A stretch of DNA of 40,586 nt. Source: Mycolicibacterium sp. GTDB taxonomy: Bacteria > Actinomycetota > Actinomycetes > Mycobacteriales > Mycobacteriaceae. A program made the position numbers and the translations under genes. Numbering within the stretch: the first letter of the stretch is position 1; every line of letters begins with the position of its first letter. A model generated the notes under the pieces. The model made no database searches and was not told the DNA's origin. It saw nothing but the letters and a program-made list of their open reading frames with translations. Positions 12,246 to 21,798 of this stretch are shown in pieces. The DNA lies in NCBI GenBank assembly GCA_030666145.1, contig DAOUYK010000001.1, positions 1 to 40,586 on the forward strand. The letters are read 5' to 3'.

Positions 12246-12566
12246 TTAGCCGGTGAACAAAAGTTCCGACGCCCGTGCGTCTACATCGGCGGCGGGGGTC
12301 GCGGCTGGGGTGGCAGCTGCGTCCGCGTCTGCATCGGCGGCCACGTCGGCAGCTGGGGCGGTTCTCAACCAATTCACCAGCAGCAGCATGCCAATCGCCT
12401 GCAGAGCCCCGATAGCGACGACCGGCCAAAACACACCCGCCATGACCACTACCGCTACTTGAGTTCGTGGGCTAGTACGCGGATCGGAAAACCGGATGGC
12501 CCCGCCCATTCCGGCCAGCGCGGTAGCGAGCGCACCACACAGGTAGACAATCAGCACTGGAACCAC
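12246..12566 (-). CDS. Small hypothetical membrane protein with Ala/Asp-rich tail
   Basis: Two hydrophobic segments (including AGVFWPVVAIGALQ) and a low-complexity C-terminus; GAAGAAG upstream of GTG. Confidence 0.6.
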   Translation of the reverse strand: MVPVLIVYLCGALATALAGMGGAIRFSDPRTSPRTQVAVVVMAGVFWPVVAIGALQAIGMLLLVNWLRTAPAADVAADADADAAATPAATPAADVDARASELLFTG

Positions 12567-12690
12567 CTTCTTCTAGCGACTACTTGCCCCTAAGTATGGG
12601 TACAGACAATGACAACGGGATGAGGAAGCGGTAACGAAACATGCACGTTCAGGTCAAGAGTTGTCAACGCCGTTGTTGTGCTGGTGCACG

Positions 12691-12885
12691 TTAGTTGCGA
12701 AGAACCGGTTGTGGGTGTCCCGGTGCTGCTAGGAGCGCAACACCAACGACAAGCGGACCAAGGATAAACAGCCCCACACAGAAAAACACGACCCCGTTGA
12801 GGTACCTATTGGTTGCCATGATTCCCGCAGTGACCGCACACGCGAACCACCACAGGGCGACCACGATGAGCATGAAGGTTTCCAT
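12691..12885 (-). CDS. Small (64 aa) two-helix membrane protein
   Basis: Strongly hydrophobic, with FF.VGLFILGPL.V pattern; GGAGGG upstream. Confidence 0.6.
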   Translation of the reverse strand: METFMLIVVALWWFACAVTAGIMATNRYLNGVVFFCVGLFILGPLVVGVALLAAPGHPQPVLRN

Positions 12886-12939
12886 AGCGTCGATGATCCC
12901 TCCCTGGGACCACTTTGCAACCCCTGCCGGAGGTGGCTA

Positions 12940-13233
12940 TCAACAGTTGGTAGGGCGCAGCGGGGCGGTGCGCACCGATTCGATGACGGCCAGTGGCGGC
13001 GGCCCGGCGCAGATCGCGGCGATAGCGGCTTCGACGCCGGAAGGCGGTCCCTCCAGTTCGCACCGAAGTTCCTGGGAATCGTTCTGGACGAAACCGCTCA
13101 GCAGATGATGGTCGGCGATACGCGCGACCGTCGGACGGAATCCGAAACCTTGGACCAGTCCGGAGATGCGCAACCCGATGCGCACGGCGTCACCCGGGTG
13201 GGCGCCACCGCTGAATTCCGGGCGTGCGCTCAT
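12940..13233 (-). pseudogene. hypF: Truncated carbamoyltransferase HypF (N-terminal acylphosphatase-like domain only)
   Basis: ISGLVQGFGFRP..A..LSGFVQND...ELEG...PPPLAVIESV, then a stop at 97 aa. The Zn-finger, YrdC and Kae1 domains of the full-length protein are absent. Confidence 0.85.
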
Positions 13234-13410
13234 CGGGGCGTTCTCCTCGGCCGCTGACAGCAGCTGCGCCTGTGGGCTATCGGCACAGATCGGTGAAGCG
13301 AGGCTAGCTCGCCATCACCTCGTCAACAAGCCGCAATCAGCGAAGTACTTCTGTCCATGTCGGCCGCCAGTCCTCCACCGGCTCCCGACCGGCAGGATTA
13401 CCGTGGAGCT

Positions 13411-13764
13411 GTGCACGAATTGTCCTTGTGTCATGAGATCGCCGGAGTCGTGAAGACACATGCGGGGAGCCGGCCCGTCGAGGTCGTGCGTGTCCGGGTC
13501 GGCGCCCTACGCCAGGTAGTCGCAGAATCGCTGACGTTCTGCTGGGGCATCGTGCGCGAGCACGAGGATCTTGGCGCCACGGAGCTGGAACTGGAACTGG
13601 TACCGGCCGAGGTGGAATGCCACACCTGCCACACGCAGTCCGAAATCACGTCGCGATGGTCGATCTGCTACCCGGTATGTGCGAGTGTCAACGTTTCGGT
13701 GCTGTGTGGGGACGAGTTTTCGGTGACGTCGATCGATGTGGCAGCAGGTGCCCGCCATGGGTAG
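13411..13764 (+). CDS. hypA: Hydrogenase maturation nickel metallochaperone HypA (second Zn motif altered)
   Basis: MHELSLC start (GTG 13411), VGALRQV, CHTC, GDEFSVTSIDV. The second motif reads CYPVC instead of CPxC. Confidence 0.88.
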   Translation: MHELSLCHEIAGVVKTHAGSRPVEVVRVRVGALRQVVAESLTFCWGIVREHEDLGATELELELVPAEVECHTCHTQSEITSRWSICYPVCASVNVSVLCGDEFSVTSIDVAAGARHG

Positions 13765-14500
13765 ATGGCACCACCATGACGACAACACTGTGCATGATGA
13801 CGATCATGATGACCACAGCGGTTACCGCACGGCGTCAGAGCGTGTCGCTGCGCTGAAGGCCATCTTCTCCGAGAACGACATCCGCGCAGAAGCGAATCGG
13901 AAGATCTTTGAGTCCAATGGAATTCGGGCGCTGAACTTGATGAGCTCACCTGGTTCGGGCAAGACCGCGGTGCTGGCTGCCACGCTCGACGAGCTGGCGG
14001 GCGACTTCACGATCGGGGTGATCGAGGGCGGCATCGCCAACGATCTGGATGCCGAACGGCTCGGCGGCCGGGGCGCGCAGATCTCACTGCTCAACACGGG
14101 CAGCGGCTTTGGGGGTGAGTGCCATCTCGACGCGCCGATGGTCAACCGCGCACTGGGCGGGCTCGAGCTGAGCGGACTGGACCTGGTGATCATCGAGAAT
14201 GTCGGGAATCTGTTGTGCCCCGCCGAATTCGATGTCGGTGAGCACGCCAAGGCGATGGTCTACTCACTGGCCGAGCGCGAGGACAAGCCCTTGAAGTACC
14301 CAGTCATGTTCCGAGCGGTCGACCTGGTGCTGCTCAACAAAATCGACCTGGCGCCGCATCTGGACACCGACGTCGCCACCTATACCGAACGGATCCGACA
14401 GGTCAACCCGACGGCGACGGTGCTCGCGGTGAGCGCCAAAACCGGAGAAGGCATGGCCGAGTGGTTTTCGTGGTTGCGCACCTTCACCGTTGGCGACTGA
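13757..14500 (+). CDS. hypB: Hydrogenase nickel incorporation GTPase HypB
   Basis: His-rich N-terminus, SSPGSGKT, ECHLDA, ENVGNL.CPA.FD.GE, NKIDL, SAKTGEG. Confidence 0.92.
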   Translation: MGRWHHHDDNTVHDDDHDDHSGYRTASERVAALKAIFSENDIRAEANRKIFESNGIRALNLMSSPGSGKTAVLAATLDELAGDFTIGVIEGGIANDLDAERLGGRGAQISLLNTGSGFGGECHLDAPMVNRALGGLELSGLDLVIIENVGNLLCPAEFDVGEHAKAMVYSLAEREDKPLKYPVMFRAVDLVLLNKIDLAPHLDTDVATYTERIRQVNPTATVLAVSAKTGEGMAEWFSWLRTFTVGD

Positions 14501-14505
14501 GCACC

Positions 14506-15021
14506 CTACAGCGGTGACGCACCGCGCAGATGCTCGAAGATCAGTGACGTCTGCGTGGCCGCGACATCTGCGTCGGCGTTGAGGTTCTCCACAACGAAAG
14601 ACCGCAGATCATCGGTGTCCCGCGCGGCGACGTGCAGAATAAAGTCGTCGGCGCCGGCCAAGAAATACACGTCCATCACCTGGTGTTTGCGGCGGATCTG
14701 CTGGATGAAGCTTCCGATCTTGCTGCGCGCGGTGAACTGCAGCCTGACTGAGATCATCGCCTGGAGGTCCAGCCCGATCGCCGAGGGATCGATGTCGGCG
14801 TAGAAACCGCGGATGACCCCGAACTCCTGCAATCGACGCACCCGGCCGTGACAGGTCGATGCGGCGATCCCGACCAACTCGGCCAGCGCACTGTTCGACA
14901 TGCGCGCGTCGGCGTGCAGAGCAGTCAATATGCGCCGGTCGACATCGTCGATCGCAGCAGGCTGAACATTCTTCGAGGCTCGGCGTTGCCGTCCGTCATT
15001 GTTCGAGGCTTCTTCTGCCAT
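14506..15021 (-). CDS. aldR: Lrp/AsnC family regulator AldR (Rv2779c-like)
   Basis: DDVDRRIL..L..DARMSNSALA..VGIAASTCHGRVRRL HTH, AsnC ligand domain; divergent from ald. ATG 15021 lies 6 nt after TATGAT. Confidence 0.9.
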   Translation of the reverse strand: MAEEASNNDGRQRRASKNVQPAAIDDVDRRILTALHADARMSNSALAELVGIAASTCHGRVRRLQEFGVIRGFYADIDPSAIGLDLQAMISVRLQFTARSKIGSFIQQIRRKHQVMDVYFLAGADDFILHVAARDTDDLRSFVVENLNADADVAATQTSLIFEHLRGASPL

Positions 15022-15077
15022 CACGGCATCATAGTGAATTTTTACCGACTTCATTGCAGTTAGATCGTCTGATCTTC
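14964..15077. promoter_or_regulatory. Candidate AldR-binding boxes in the aldR-ald control region
   Basis: GAACATTCTTC (14964), GAGGCTTCTTC (15005) and GTCTGATCTTC (15067) fit the recalled G(A/T)-N2-NWW-N2-(A/T)C consensus. Spacings of 41 and 62 bp are close to multiples of 21. Confidence 0.55.
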
Positions 15078-15116
15078 ATAATTGGAGTGGTCCTGCCATC
15101 ACTGCGAGGAGCGATC

Positions 15117-16241
15117 ATGCGTGTCGGTGTCCCGGCCGAACTCAAGAACAACGAATACCGCGTCGCCATCACCCCGTCCGGGGTCGCCGAACTCGTCGAC
15201 CGTGGCCACGAGGTTCTCATACAGTCCGAGGCGGGCGACGGTTCGGCAATCTCTGACGCTGACTTCAAGCGCGCAGGGGCACAACTGGTCAATGAGGCCG
15301 ACGAGGTGTGGGCACACGCCGATCTGCTGCTCAAGGTCAAGGAACCAATCGAGACTGAGTATGGCCGCATGAGATCGGGCCAGGTGCTGTTCACCTACCT
15401 GCACCTGGCAGCGTCCAAGCCGTGCACCGAAGCGCTGCTGGCTTCTGGAACGACGTCGATCGCCTACGAAACCGTGCAGACTGCCAGCCCAGACGGGTCA
15501 GTCGCACTCCCCCTGCTCGCGCCGATGAGCGAGGTCGCGGGAAGGTTGTCGGCCCAGGCAGGGGCATACCACCTGATGCGTAGCGAGGGTGGCCGTGGCG
15601 TGCTGATGGGGGGTGTGCCCGGCGTCGCGCCGGCTGAGGTCATCGTCATCGGCGGCGGAACTGTCGGGCACAACGCCGCACGGGTGGCAGCTGGAATGGG
15701 CGCACATGTGACCGTGTTCGACGTCAGCATCAATAGGTTGCGCGATATTGACGCCGAGTTCGGCGGGCGCATCCAGACCCGCTACTCCTCGGCCCTAGAC
15801 TTGAAGGACGCCGTGAAGGCAGCTGACCTGGCCATCGGCGCCGTCCTGGTTCCGGGCGCCAAGGCGCCCAAGTTGGTTACCAATTCGACTGTGGCCCAAA
15901 TGAAGTCGGGCGCGGTTCTGGTCGACGTAGCGATCGATCAGGGGGGTTGCTTCGCCGATTCGCGGCCGACTACCTACGAAGACCCGACATTTGGCGTGCA
16001 CGACACCGTCTTCTACTGCGTGGCCAACATGCCCGGCGCGGTGCCGCGCACGTCGACCTTCGCGCTGACCAACGCCACTATGCCCTACGTGCTCGAGCTC
16101 GCCGACAAAGGCTGGCAGGCCGCCTGTAGTGCTGATGCCGCGCTAGCGAAGGGACTCTCGACACATCAGGGAGCGCTGCTGTCCGAACAGGTCGCCGTCG
16201 ACCTCGGTCTGCCGTTCACCGACCCGGTCGACGTGCTCTAG
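15117..16241 (+). CDS. ald: Alanine dehydrogenase
   Basis: [54 protein letters not shown]; GAGGAG RBS before ATG 15117. Confidence 0.97.
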   Translation: MRVGVPAELKNNEYRVAITPSGVAELVDRGHEVLIQSEAGDGSAISDADFKRAGAQLVNEADEVWAHADLLLKVKEPIETEYGRMRSGQVLFTYLHLAASKPCTEALLASGTTSIAYETVQTASPDGSVALPLLAPMSEVAGRLSAQAGAYHLMRSEGGRGVLMGGVPGVAPAEVIVIGGGTVGHNAARVAAGMGAHVTVFDVSINRLRDIDAEFGGRIQTRYSSALDLKDAVKAADLAIGAVLVPGAKAPKLVTNSTVAQMKSGAVLVDVAIDQGGCFADSRPTTYEDPTFGVHDTVFYCVANMPGAVPRTSTFALTNATMPYVLELADKGWQAACSADAALAKGLSTHQGALLSEQVAVDLGLPFTDPVDVL

Positions 16242-16612
16242 TCGACCCGATCCCCGTCGAGGTAAAACCATCGGCCGGCTCTCAACGAAAACCGGGAACG
16301 TTCGTGCAAGACCCCATCCCGGTAGTGCGCGCGGAACTCGACCTCGCCCGAGTCGTCCCCGGGCCCGCCCGCGACACTGTCGATGATCTCAAGACGGGTC
16401 CACACCAGCCCGGCGTCAGCGACGTTGTTGGGGCGTGTGCGCGGGTGCCAGGTCCGCCATAGGTAGTCGCAGTCCCCAACCGCGTAGGCGCTGTAGCGCG
16501 CCCGCATCAGTTGCTCGGCCGATCGCGCCTCCCGCTCGCCATGATGACTGGGCAGACAGCAGCGGTCGTACGGGTCACCAGTGCCGCATGGACAAGGGTT
16601 GTCAGGGCGCAC
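16238..16612 (-). CDS. YchJ family (SEC-C motif/NTF2-like) protein
   Basis: CPCGTG.PY..CC...H, AEQLMRARYSAY, VEF.A.Y, LHERSRF...W.Y.DG. Start at GTG 16612 is inferred. Confidence 0.85.
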   Translation of the reverse strand: MRPDNPCPCGTGDPYDRCCLPSHHGEREARSAEQLMRARYSAYAVGDCDYLWRTWHPRTRPNNVADAGLVWTRLEIIDSVAGGPGDDSGEVEFRAHYRDGVLHERSRFSLRAGRWFYLDGDRVD

Positions 16613-16657
16613 AAATAGAGTGTGCCCGAATCGACGGGTGTCAAGTAAGGTCGATGC

Positions 16658-17215
16658 ATGCTGTCGCTCAACGAAGTCCTTCCGAACGCCCCCAATGCGA
16701 CCGCCGATGCGCTGACACTGTTCGACTCGCAGCCAGCCGTCGAACCGGACTTCATGATCGGCACCTGGCATGGCCTCGAGCTGCCGACCAACCATCCTCT
16801 CGACGGCATGCTGGCCGCCACCGGGTGGTGGGGTAAGGCATTCCTGGACTCCGAAACCGTTCACCCGCTGCTGTTTCCCACCGGTGACGGCAGCGGGCTG
16901 TGGGCGCTCAACCCCGTCCTTGCATTCGGCGGCCTCGGCCTGGTCACCAAGATCCCCACCCTCAAACGGCAGAACTTCAGAAGCACCATCGCCACACTCA
17001 AGCCCGCTTTCCGGGCCCGCGGACCCAAAGCCCGGCTGCGCATGACGCGCTATCGCGACGTGGACACTGCGACGATGATCTACGACCAGCTGCCGATCAA
17101 CGACCTGTTTCGACGACTGGACGAGAACACCGTGCTCGGCGCGATGGACCTGCGCGGGATTAGGCTGCCATACTTCTTCGTGCTCCGGCGCGACGACTCA
17201 TTGCCCCTGCAATAG
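16658..17215 (+). CDS. GXWXG/DUF4334 domain protein
   Basis: GTWHG, HPLDGML...GWWGKAF, TMIYDQLPINDLFR, LGAMD, FF.LRR. Confidence 0.85.
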   Translation: MLSLNEVLPNAPNATADALTLFDSQPAVEPDFMIGTWHGLELPTNHPLDGMLAATGWWGKAFLDSETVHPLLFPTGDGSGLWALNPVLAFGGLGLVTKIPTLKRQNFRSTIATLKPAFRARGPKARLRMTRYRDVDTATMIYDQLPINDLFRRLDENTVLGAMDLRGIRLPYFFVLRRDDSLPLQ

Positions 17216-17234
17216 GTCGCCTACCGCGATCGCG

Positions 17235-17301
17235 GCTAATTCACCGATCATCGGACGCTGGACAGCCGGCGGCTTCCAGCGCGTCGCTAATTCACCGATC
17301 A
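17235..17301. repeat. Intergenic element: two 16-bp direct repeats flanking a GC hairpin, between convergent genes
   Basis: GCTAATTCACCGATCA at 17235 and 17286; between them CGCTGGA-C-AGCCG-G-CGGCT-TCCAGCG. Confidence 0.75.
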
Positions 17302-18645
17302 ACCCGCAATCGTCTGCAGCGGCTGCGGCAGTGATTTCTTGGCCCGTACCGGCCCCAGAACCGCCGCCCCGAACGGACGAGTCAGCAGAAGCCGCGCAAC
17401 GGCATTGACCTCGTCCAGCGTGACGGCCTCGATCTGGTCCAGCGTGTAGGCGATGCTGCGATGGTGCCCGTAGTTCAGCTCGCTGCGCCCGATGCGGTTC
17501 ATCCGCGATCCTGAGTCCTCCAGACCCAGAACCAGCCCACCTCTTAGCGAGCCCTTGGCGATCCGACATTCGTCGGCCGTGATCCCGTCACGGGCGACGT
17601 CGGCCAATACGTCCGTCGTCACCCGCACGACCTCGGCGAACCGCTCAGGTAGACATCCCGTGTACACCGAGAGCGCACCGCTGTCGGCGAACGTGTCCAC
17701 CGTCGAGTACACCGAGTACGCCAACCCGCGCATCTCCCGAATCTGTTGAAAAAGGCGTGAACTCAGGCCGCCGCCGAGCGCGGTGTTGAGCACCGACAGC
17801 GCCCAGCGATGATCCCAGTTCCTTCCCGGAGTACGCACGCCCAATGACAGATGTGTCTGCTCTGCCTCACGGTTGACCACCTGCAGCGTGGGACGACCCG
17901 CGACCCGTCCGGCCCCCCTACGCGGTGGCACCGGGGACCGGCCACGCACCAACCGCGGGCCGAAGTGCTCAGCCACCAGCCCGACGACCTCATCATGATC
18001 GACGTTCCCGGCAACCGCCACCACCATGCGGTCGGGTGTGTAGCGACGGACATGAAACGAATGCAGTTGCGCGCGTGTCATTCTCGAGATCGAGTCCACA
18101 CTGCCGATCACGGGGCGACCCACCGGGTGTCCACCGAACATCGACGACAGGAATACATCCCCCAGTGTGTCCTCCGGGTCGTCGTCGCGCATGGCGATCT
18201 CCTCAAGCACGACATCGCGCTCGATCTCCACGTCATCGGAGAAACACCGACCGCGCAGCACGACATCGGCGACCAGATCGACAGCCAATGCCAGATCGGA
18301 GTCCAGGACATGCGCGTAGTAACACGTGTGCTCCCTGGCCGTGAACGCGTTCAGCTCACCGCCGACGGCATCCACCGCCTGGGCGATCTGCACCGCAGTC
18401 CGTGTCGGTGTCGCCTTAAACAGCAGGTGTTCCAGGAAGTGCGCGGCACCGGCCACGCTGCGACCCTCGTCGCGAGACCCGACGCCGACCCACACCCCCA
18501 CCGACGCCGAGTGGACGTGCGGGATGTGTTCGGTGACCACACGCAGGCCACCGGGCAGGTCCGCGCAGCGCACGGCTAGGGATGCGTCTTGGTTGCGGCG
18601 CCCGGCGCGCAGCGACCCCGAACTAGCTGCTGACGTTCGCTGCAT
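17299..18645 (-). CDS. pepR: M16 family zinc protease PepR
   Basis: [20 protein letters not shown] inverted Zn motif, [15 protein letters not shown]. The inferred start overlaps the pnp 3' end. Confidence 0.92.
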   Translation of the reverse strand: MQRTSAASSGSLRAGRRNQDASLAVRCADLPGGLRVVTEHIPHVHSASVGVWVGVGSRDEGRSVAGAAHFLEHLLFKATPTRTAVQIAQAVDAVGGELNAFTAREHTCYYAHVLDSDLALAVDLVADVVLRGRCFSDDVEIERDVVLEEIAMRDDDPEDTLGDVFLSSMFGGHPVGRPVIGSVDSISRMTRAQLHSFHVRRYTPDRMVVAVAGNVDHDEVVGLVAEHFGPRLVRGRSPVPPRRGAGRVAGRPTLQVVNREAEQTHLSLGVRTPGRNWDHRWALSVLNTALGGGLSSRLFQQIREMRGLAYSVYSTVDTFADSGALSVYTGCLPERFAEVVRVTTDVLADVARDGITADECRIAKGSLRGGLVLGLEDSGSRMNRIGRSELNYGHHRSIAYTLDQIEAVTLDEVNAVARLLLTRPFGAAVLGPVRAKKSLPQPLQTIAG

Positions 18646-20938
18646 CGACAGCAACAGGCGATCCCGCCCCGGCGGGGGGTGTTTCTGCTGAGTCCTCCTC
18701 GGCAACGAGGATCAACGAAATCTTGCCGCGGTTGTCGATGTCGGCGATCTCCACGCGGAGTTTGTCGCCCACCTTGACCACGTCCTCCACCTTTCTGATC
18801 CGCTTGCCGCGGCCCAACTTGGAAATGTGCACCAAGCCGTCCCGGCCCGGCAGCAAGGAGACGAACGCACCGAAATCGGCGGTCTTCACCACGGTTCCGA
18901 GGAACCGCTCCCCGGTCTTAGGCAGCTGCGGGTTGGCGATCGCGTTGATCTTGTCGATCGCGGCCTGCGCCGCTTCGCCATTGGAGGCGCCGACGAACAC
19001 GGTGCCGTCGTCCTCTATGGAAATCGAGGCACCGGTCTCCTCGGTGATCGAGTTGATCATCTTGCCCTTCGGGCCGATGACCTCACCGATCTTGTCGAGT
19101 GGCACCTTGATCGTGGTGATGCGGGGTGCGAACGGGCTCATCTCATCGGGCTCGTCGATAGCCTCGGCCATCACCTCCAGAATGGCGAGTCGGGCATCCT
19201 TGGCCTGCGCCAGGGCGCCGGCGAGAACCTTGGAGGGAATACCGTCAAGCTTGGTGTCGAGCTGCAACGCGGTGACGAAGTCTTTGGTGCCTGCACACTT
19301 GAAGTCCATGTCGCCGAAGGCGTCCTCGGCTCCGAGGATGTCGGTCAACGTGACGAATCGACGCTCCGACGTTGTCCCGCCGCCGCCTTCGGCCTCTACT
19401 TCCACATCGTCGGACACGAGCCCCATCGCGATGCCTGCGACCGGAGCCTTCAGCGGCACACCGGCGTTCAGCATGGCTAGCGTCGATGCGCACACCGAAC
19501 CCATCGATGTCGAGCCGTTGGAGCTCAGAGCCTCGGACACCTGACGGATCGCATAGGGGAACTCCTCAACGCTGGGCAGCACCGGCATCAGAGCACGCTC
19601 GGCCAACGCACCGTGGCCGATCTCGCGACGCTTGGGCGAGCCGACGCGACCGGTCTCACCGGTCGAGTAAGGCGGGAAGTTGTAGTGGTGCATGTAGCGC
19701 TTCTTGGTCTCAGGTCCCAGCGAGTCGATCTGTTGCGCCATCTTGACCATGTCCAACGTGGTGACGCCCAGGATCTGGGTTTCGCCGCGCTCGAAAATCG
19801 CGCTGCCGTGCGCCCGCGGTATGACGGCCACCTCAGCCGATAGCGCCCGGATGTCGGTCACGCCGCGTCCGTCGATGCGGAAGTGGTCGGTCAGAATGCG
19901 CTGCCGGACAAGTTTCTTGGTCAACGAGCGGTACGCCGCGCCGATCTCCTTCTCGCGGCCCTCGTAGGTATCGGCCAGCCGCTCCAGTATCGAGGCCTTG
20001 ATCTCGTCCGTGCGGTCGTTGCGCTCTTCCTTACCTGCGATGGTCAGAGCCGCGGACAGGTCGTCCGTCGCCACCGAGGACACCGCATCGAACACTTCTT
20101 GCTGGTATTCGGGGAAGAGCGGGAATTCAAGCGCCGGCTTGCCCGAATTTCCAGCGCTGTCGGCCAGCTCCTGCTGCGCGGTGCACAGCGCGTCGATGAA
20201 CGGCTTGGCGGCTTCAAGGCCCTCGGCCACCACAGCCTCCGTCGGCGCGCCGGCGCCCCCGGCGACCAGATCTATGACCTTGTCGGTCGCCTCGGCCTCG
20301 ACCATCATGATCGCGACGTCGGCGGTGTCTTCTCCGGCTACCTTCGCCGTTACCTTGCGGCCAGCGACGACCATGTCGAAGACCGCGCCCTCAAGCTGCT
20401 CCACGGTCGGGAACGCGACCCATTGGCCGTCAATCAGTGCAACGCGCACGCCACCGACCGGACCCGAGAATGGAATTCCGGAAATCTGGGTAGACGCCGA
20501 GGCCGCGTTGATGGCCAGCACATCGTAGAGGTCCTTGGGGTCGAGGCTCATGATGGTGACGACGACCTGGATCTCGTTGCGCAGACCCGAAATGAACGTC
20601 GGGCGCAGCGGCCGGTCGATCAGGCGGCAGGTGAGGATCGCATCCGTGGAGGGGCGGCCCTCACGCCGGAAGAACGAGCCGGGGATGCGTCCGGCGGCAT
20701 ACATCCTCTCCTCGACGTCGATGGTGAGCGGAAAGAAGTCGAAGTGGTCCTTCGGGTGCTTGCCGGCGGTGGTGGACGACAGCAGCATGGTTTCGTCGTC
20801 GAGGTAGGCCACGACCGAGCCTGCGGCCTGTTTGGCCAACCGGCCAGTCTCGAAGCGGATGGTGCGGGTGCCGAAGCTCCCGTTGTCGATCACGGCGGTG
20901 GACTCGAACACGCCGTCTTCAATTTCAACTACAGACAT
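18623..20938 (-). CDS. pnp: Polyribonucleotide nucleotidyltransferase (PNPase/GpsI)
   Basis: [37 protein letters not shown], and KH and S1 domains. Confidence 0.98.
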   Translation of the reverse strand: MSVVEIEDGVFESTAVIDNGSFGTRTIRFETGRLAKQAAGSVVAYLDDETMLLSSTTAGKHPKDHFDFFPLTIDVEERMYAAGRIPGSFFRREGRPSTDAILTCRLIDRPLRPTFISGLRNEIQVVVTIMSLDPKDLYDVLAINAASASTQISGIPFSGPVGGVRVALIDGQWVAFPTVEQLEGAVFDMVVAGRKVTAKVAGEDTADVAIMMVEAEATDKVIDLVAGGAGAPTEAVVAEGLEAAKPFIDALCTAQQELADSAGNSGKPALEFPLFPEYQQEVFDAVSSVATDDLSAALTIAGKEERNDRTDEIKASILERLADTYEGREKEIGAAYRSLTKKLVRQRILTDHFRIDGRGVTDIRALSAEVAVIPRAHGSAIFERGETQILGVTTLDMVKMAQQIDSLGPETKKRYMHHYNFPPYSTGETGRVGSPKRREIGHGALAERALMPVLPSVEEFPYAIRQVSEALSSNGSTSMGSVCASTLAMLNAGVPLKAPVAGIAMGLVSDDVEVEAEGGGGTTSERRFVTLTDILGAEDAFGDMDFKCAGTKDFVTALQLDTKLDGIPSKVLAGALAQAKDARLAILEVMAEAIDEPDEMSPFAPRITTIKVPLDKIGEVIGPKGKMINSITEETGASISIEDDGTVFVGASNGEAAQAAIDKINAIANPQLPKTGERFLGTVVKTADFGAFVSLLPGRDGLVHISKLGRGKRIRKVEDVVKVGDKLRVEIADIDNRGKISLILVAEEDSAETPPAGAGSPVAVDAANVSS

Positions 20939-21059
20939 GGACGTCCGTACGGCCTCTCTGGTTCATCATTCAGCTGTTTCGCGTGAACACCGCGCGTTGA
21001 ATGCGGACAATTGCAGACAACCTCGAGTCGCCCCGAGAAGGCCGGCCCGAATGCGTCGA

Positions 21060-21113
21060 CGGCCGTCGATCGAAGCGGCCGGAGTTCGTCCGGCAGCCAC
21101 TACCGAAGACCGC
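21060..21113 (-). ncRNA. Actino-pnp-like cis-regulatory RNA in the pnp 5' UTR
   Basis: Minus strand CGGTCTTCGGTAGTGGCTGCCGG...CCGGCCGCTTCGATCGACGGCCG forms nested stems upstream of pnp. It matches my recollection of the actinobacterial pnp leader motif; boundaries are approximate. Confidence 0.7.
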
Positions 21114-21365
21114 GAGTTCAGGCGGTACCTGTCGTGTCACGCGGGGGTAGCGCCTGCGGAACTGCGAGGACCACACCCGATTGTTCGCGCCCTATGGCTG
21201 GCGAACGCACTCATCGTACATCCCAACATGTGCGCAAACCCTAATCCGGGCCAGTACCGGTTCTCGCCCCGAACGTTCAGACCACGCGCCCAAGGCCGAC
21301 GGTGAGGTTGCGCTCCCGGCACGGGTAGCCCACTTCGCTTTGACATCTCTCGAAGAAGCGGGGCG

Positions 21366-21635
21366 TCAGCGGCGTAAACCTAGGCGCTCGATCAACGCGC
21401 GGTATCGCTCAACGTCGATCTGGGCGACGTACTTCAGCAACCGGCGGCGACGGCCAACCAGCAACAGCAGCCCACGTCGCGAGTGGTGATCGTGCTTGTG
21501 CATCTTCAGATGCTCGGTCAGGTCTGAGATCCGCTTGGTCAGCAGTGCAACCTGCGCCTCCGGCGAACCGGTATCGGTGCCGTGCAGTCCGTACTGGCCC
21601 AGGATGTCTTTCTTCTGTTCGGCAGTGAGCGCCAC
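21366..21635 (-). CDS. rpsO: 30S ribosomal protein S15
   Basis: 89 aa; [25 protein letters not shown]. Confidence 0.99.
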   Translation of the reverse strand: MALTAEQKKDILGQYGLHGTDTGSPEAQVALLTKRISDLTEHLKMHKHDHHSRRGLLLLVGRRRRLLKYVAQIDVERYRALIERLGLRR

Positions 21636-21748
21636 GAAATAACTCCATCACATCGGTCCGCGAATAGAGGCCGGAGATTGTCTTGAAAGATCTCCGACAT
21701 GCGCAGCCACCGCGAACTGCAGCAAGCGCAACGTCGGCGGCGAGTCTA
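21636..21748 (-). promoter_or_regulatory. rpsO promoter (TAGACT) and structured leader, candidate S15 autoregulatory element
   Basis: TAGACT at 21748-21743. GTTCGCGG...TCGCGGAC outer pairing encloses a CGGAGAT...ATCTCCG hairpin just upstream of the RBS. Confidence 0.55.
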
Positions 21749-21798
21749 ACAGCGGCGATGGCCACGCAGCGAATCGTGACCGCGGCGCTCGGAGGCAA

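Noticed and set aside
14859-15116. N-terminal extension of Ald given in the ORF track (similarly for the HTH_42 gene, ychJ, pptH, rimP, hypA)
   Set aside because: Family homology and RBS or -10 signals point to downstream starts, and the extensions overlap neighbouring genes or promoters.
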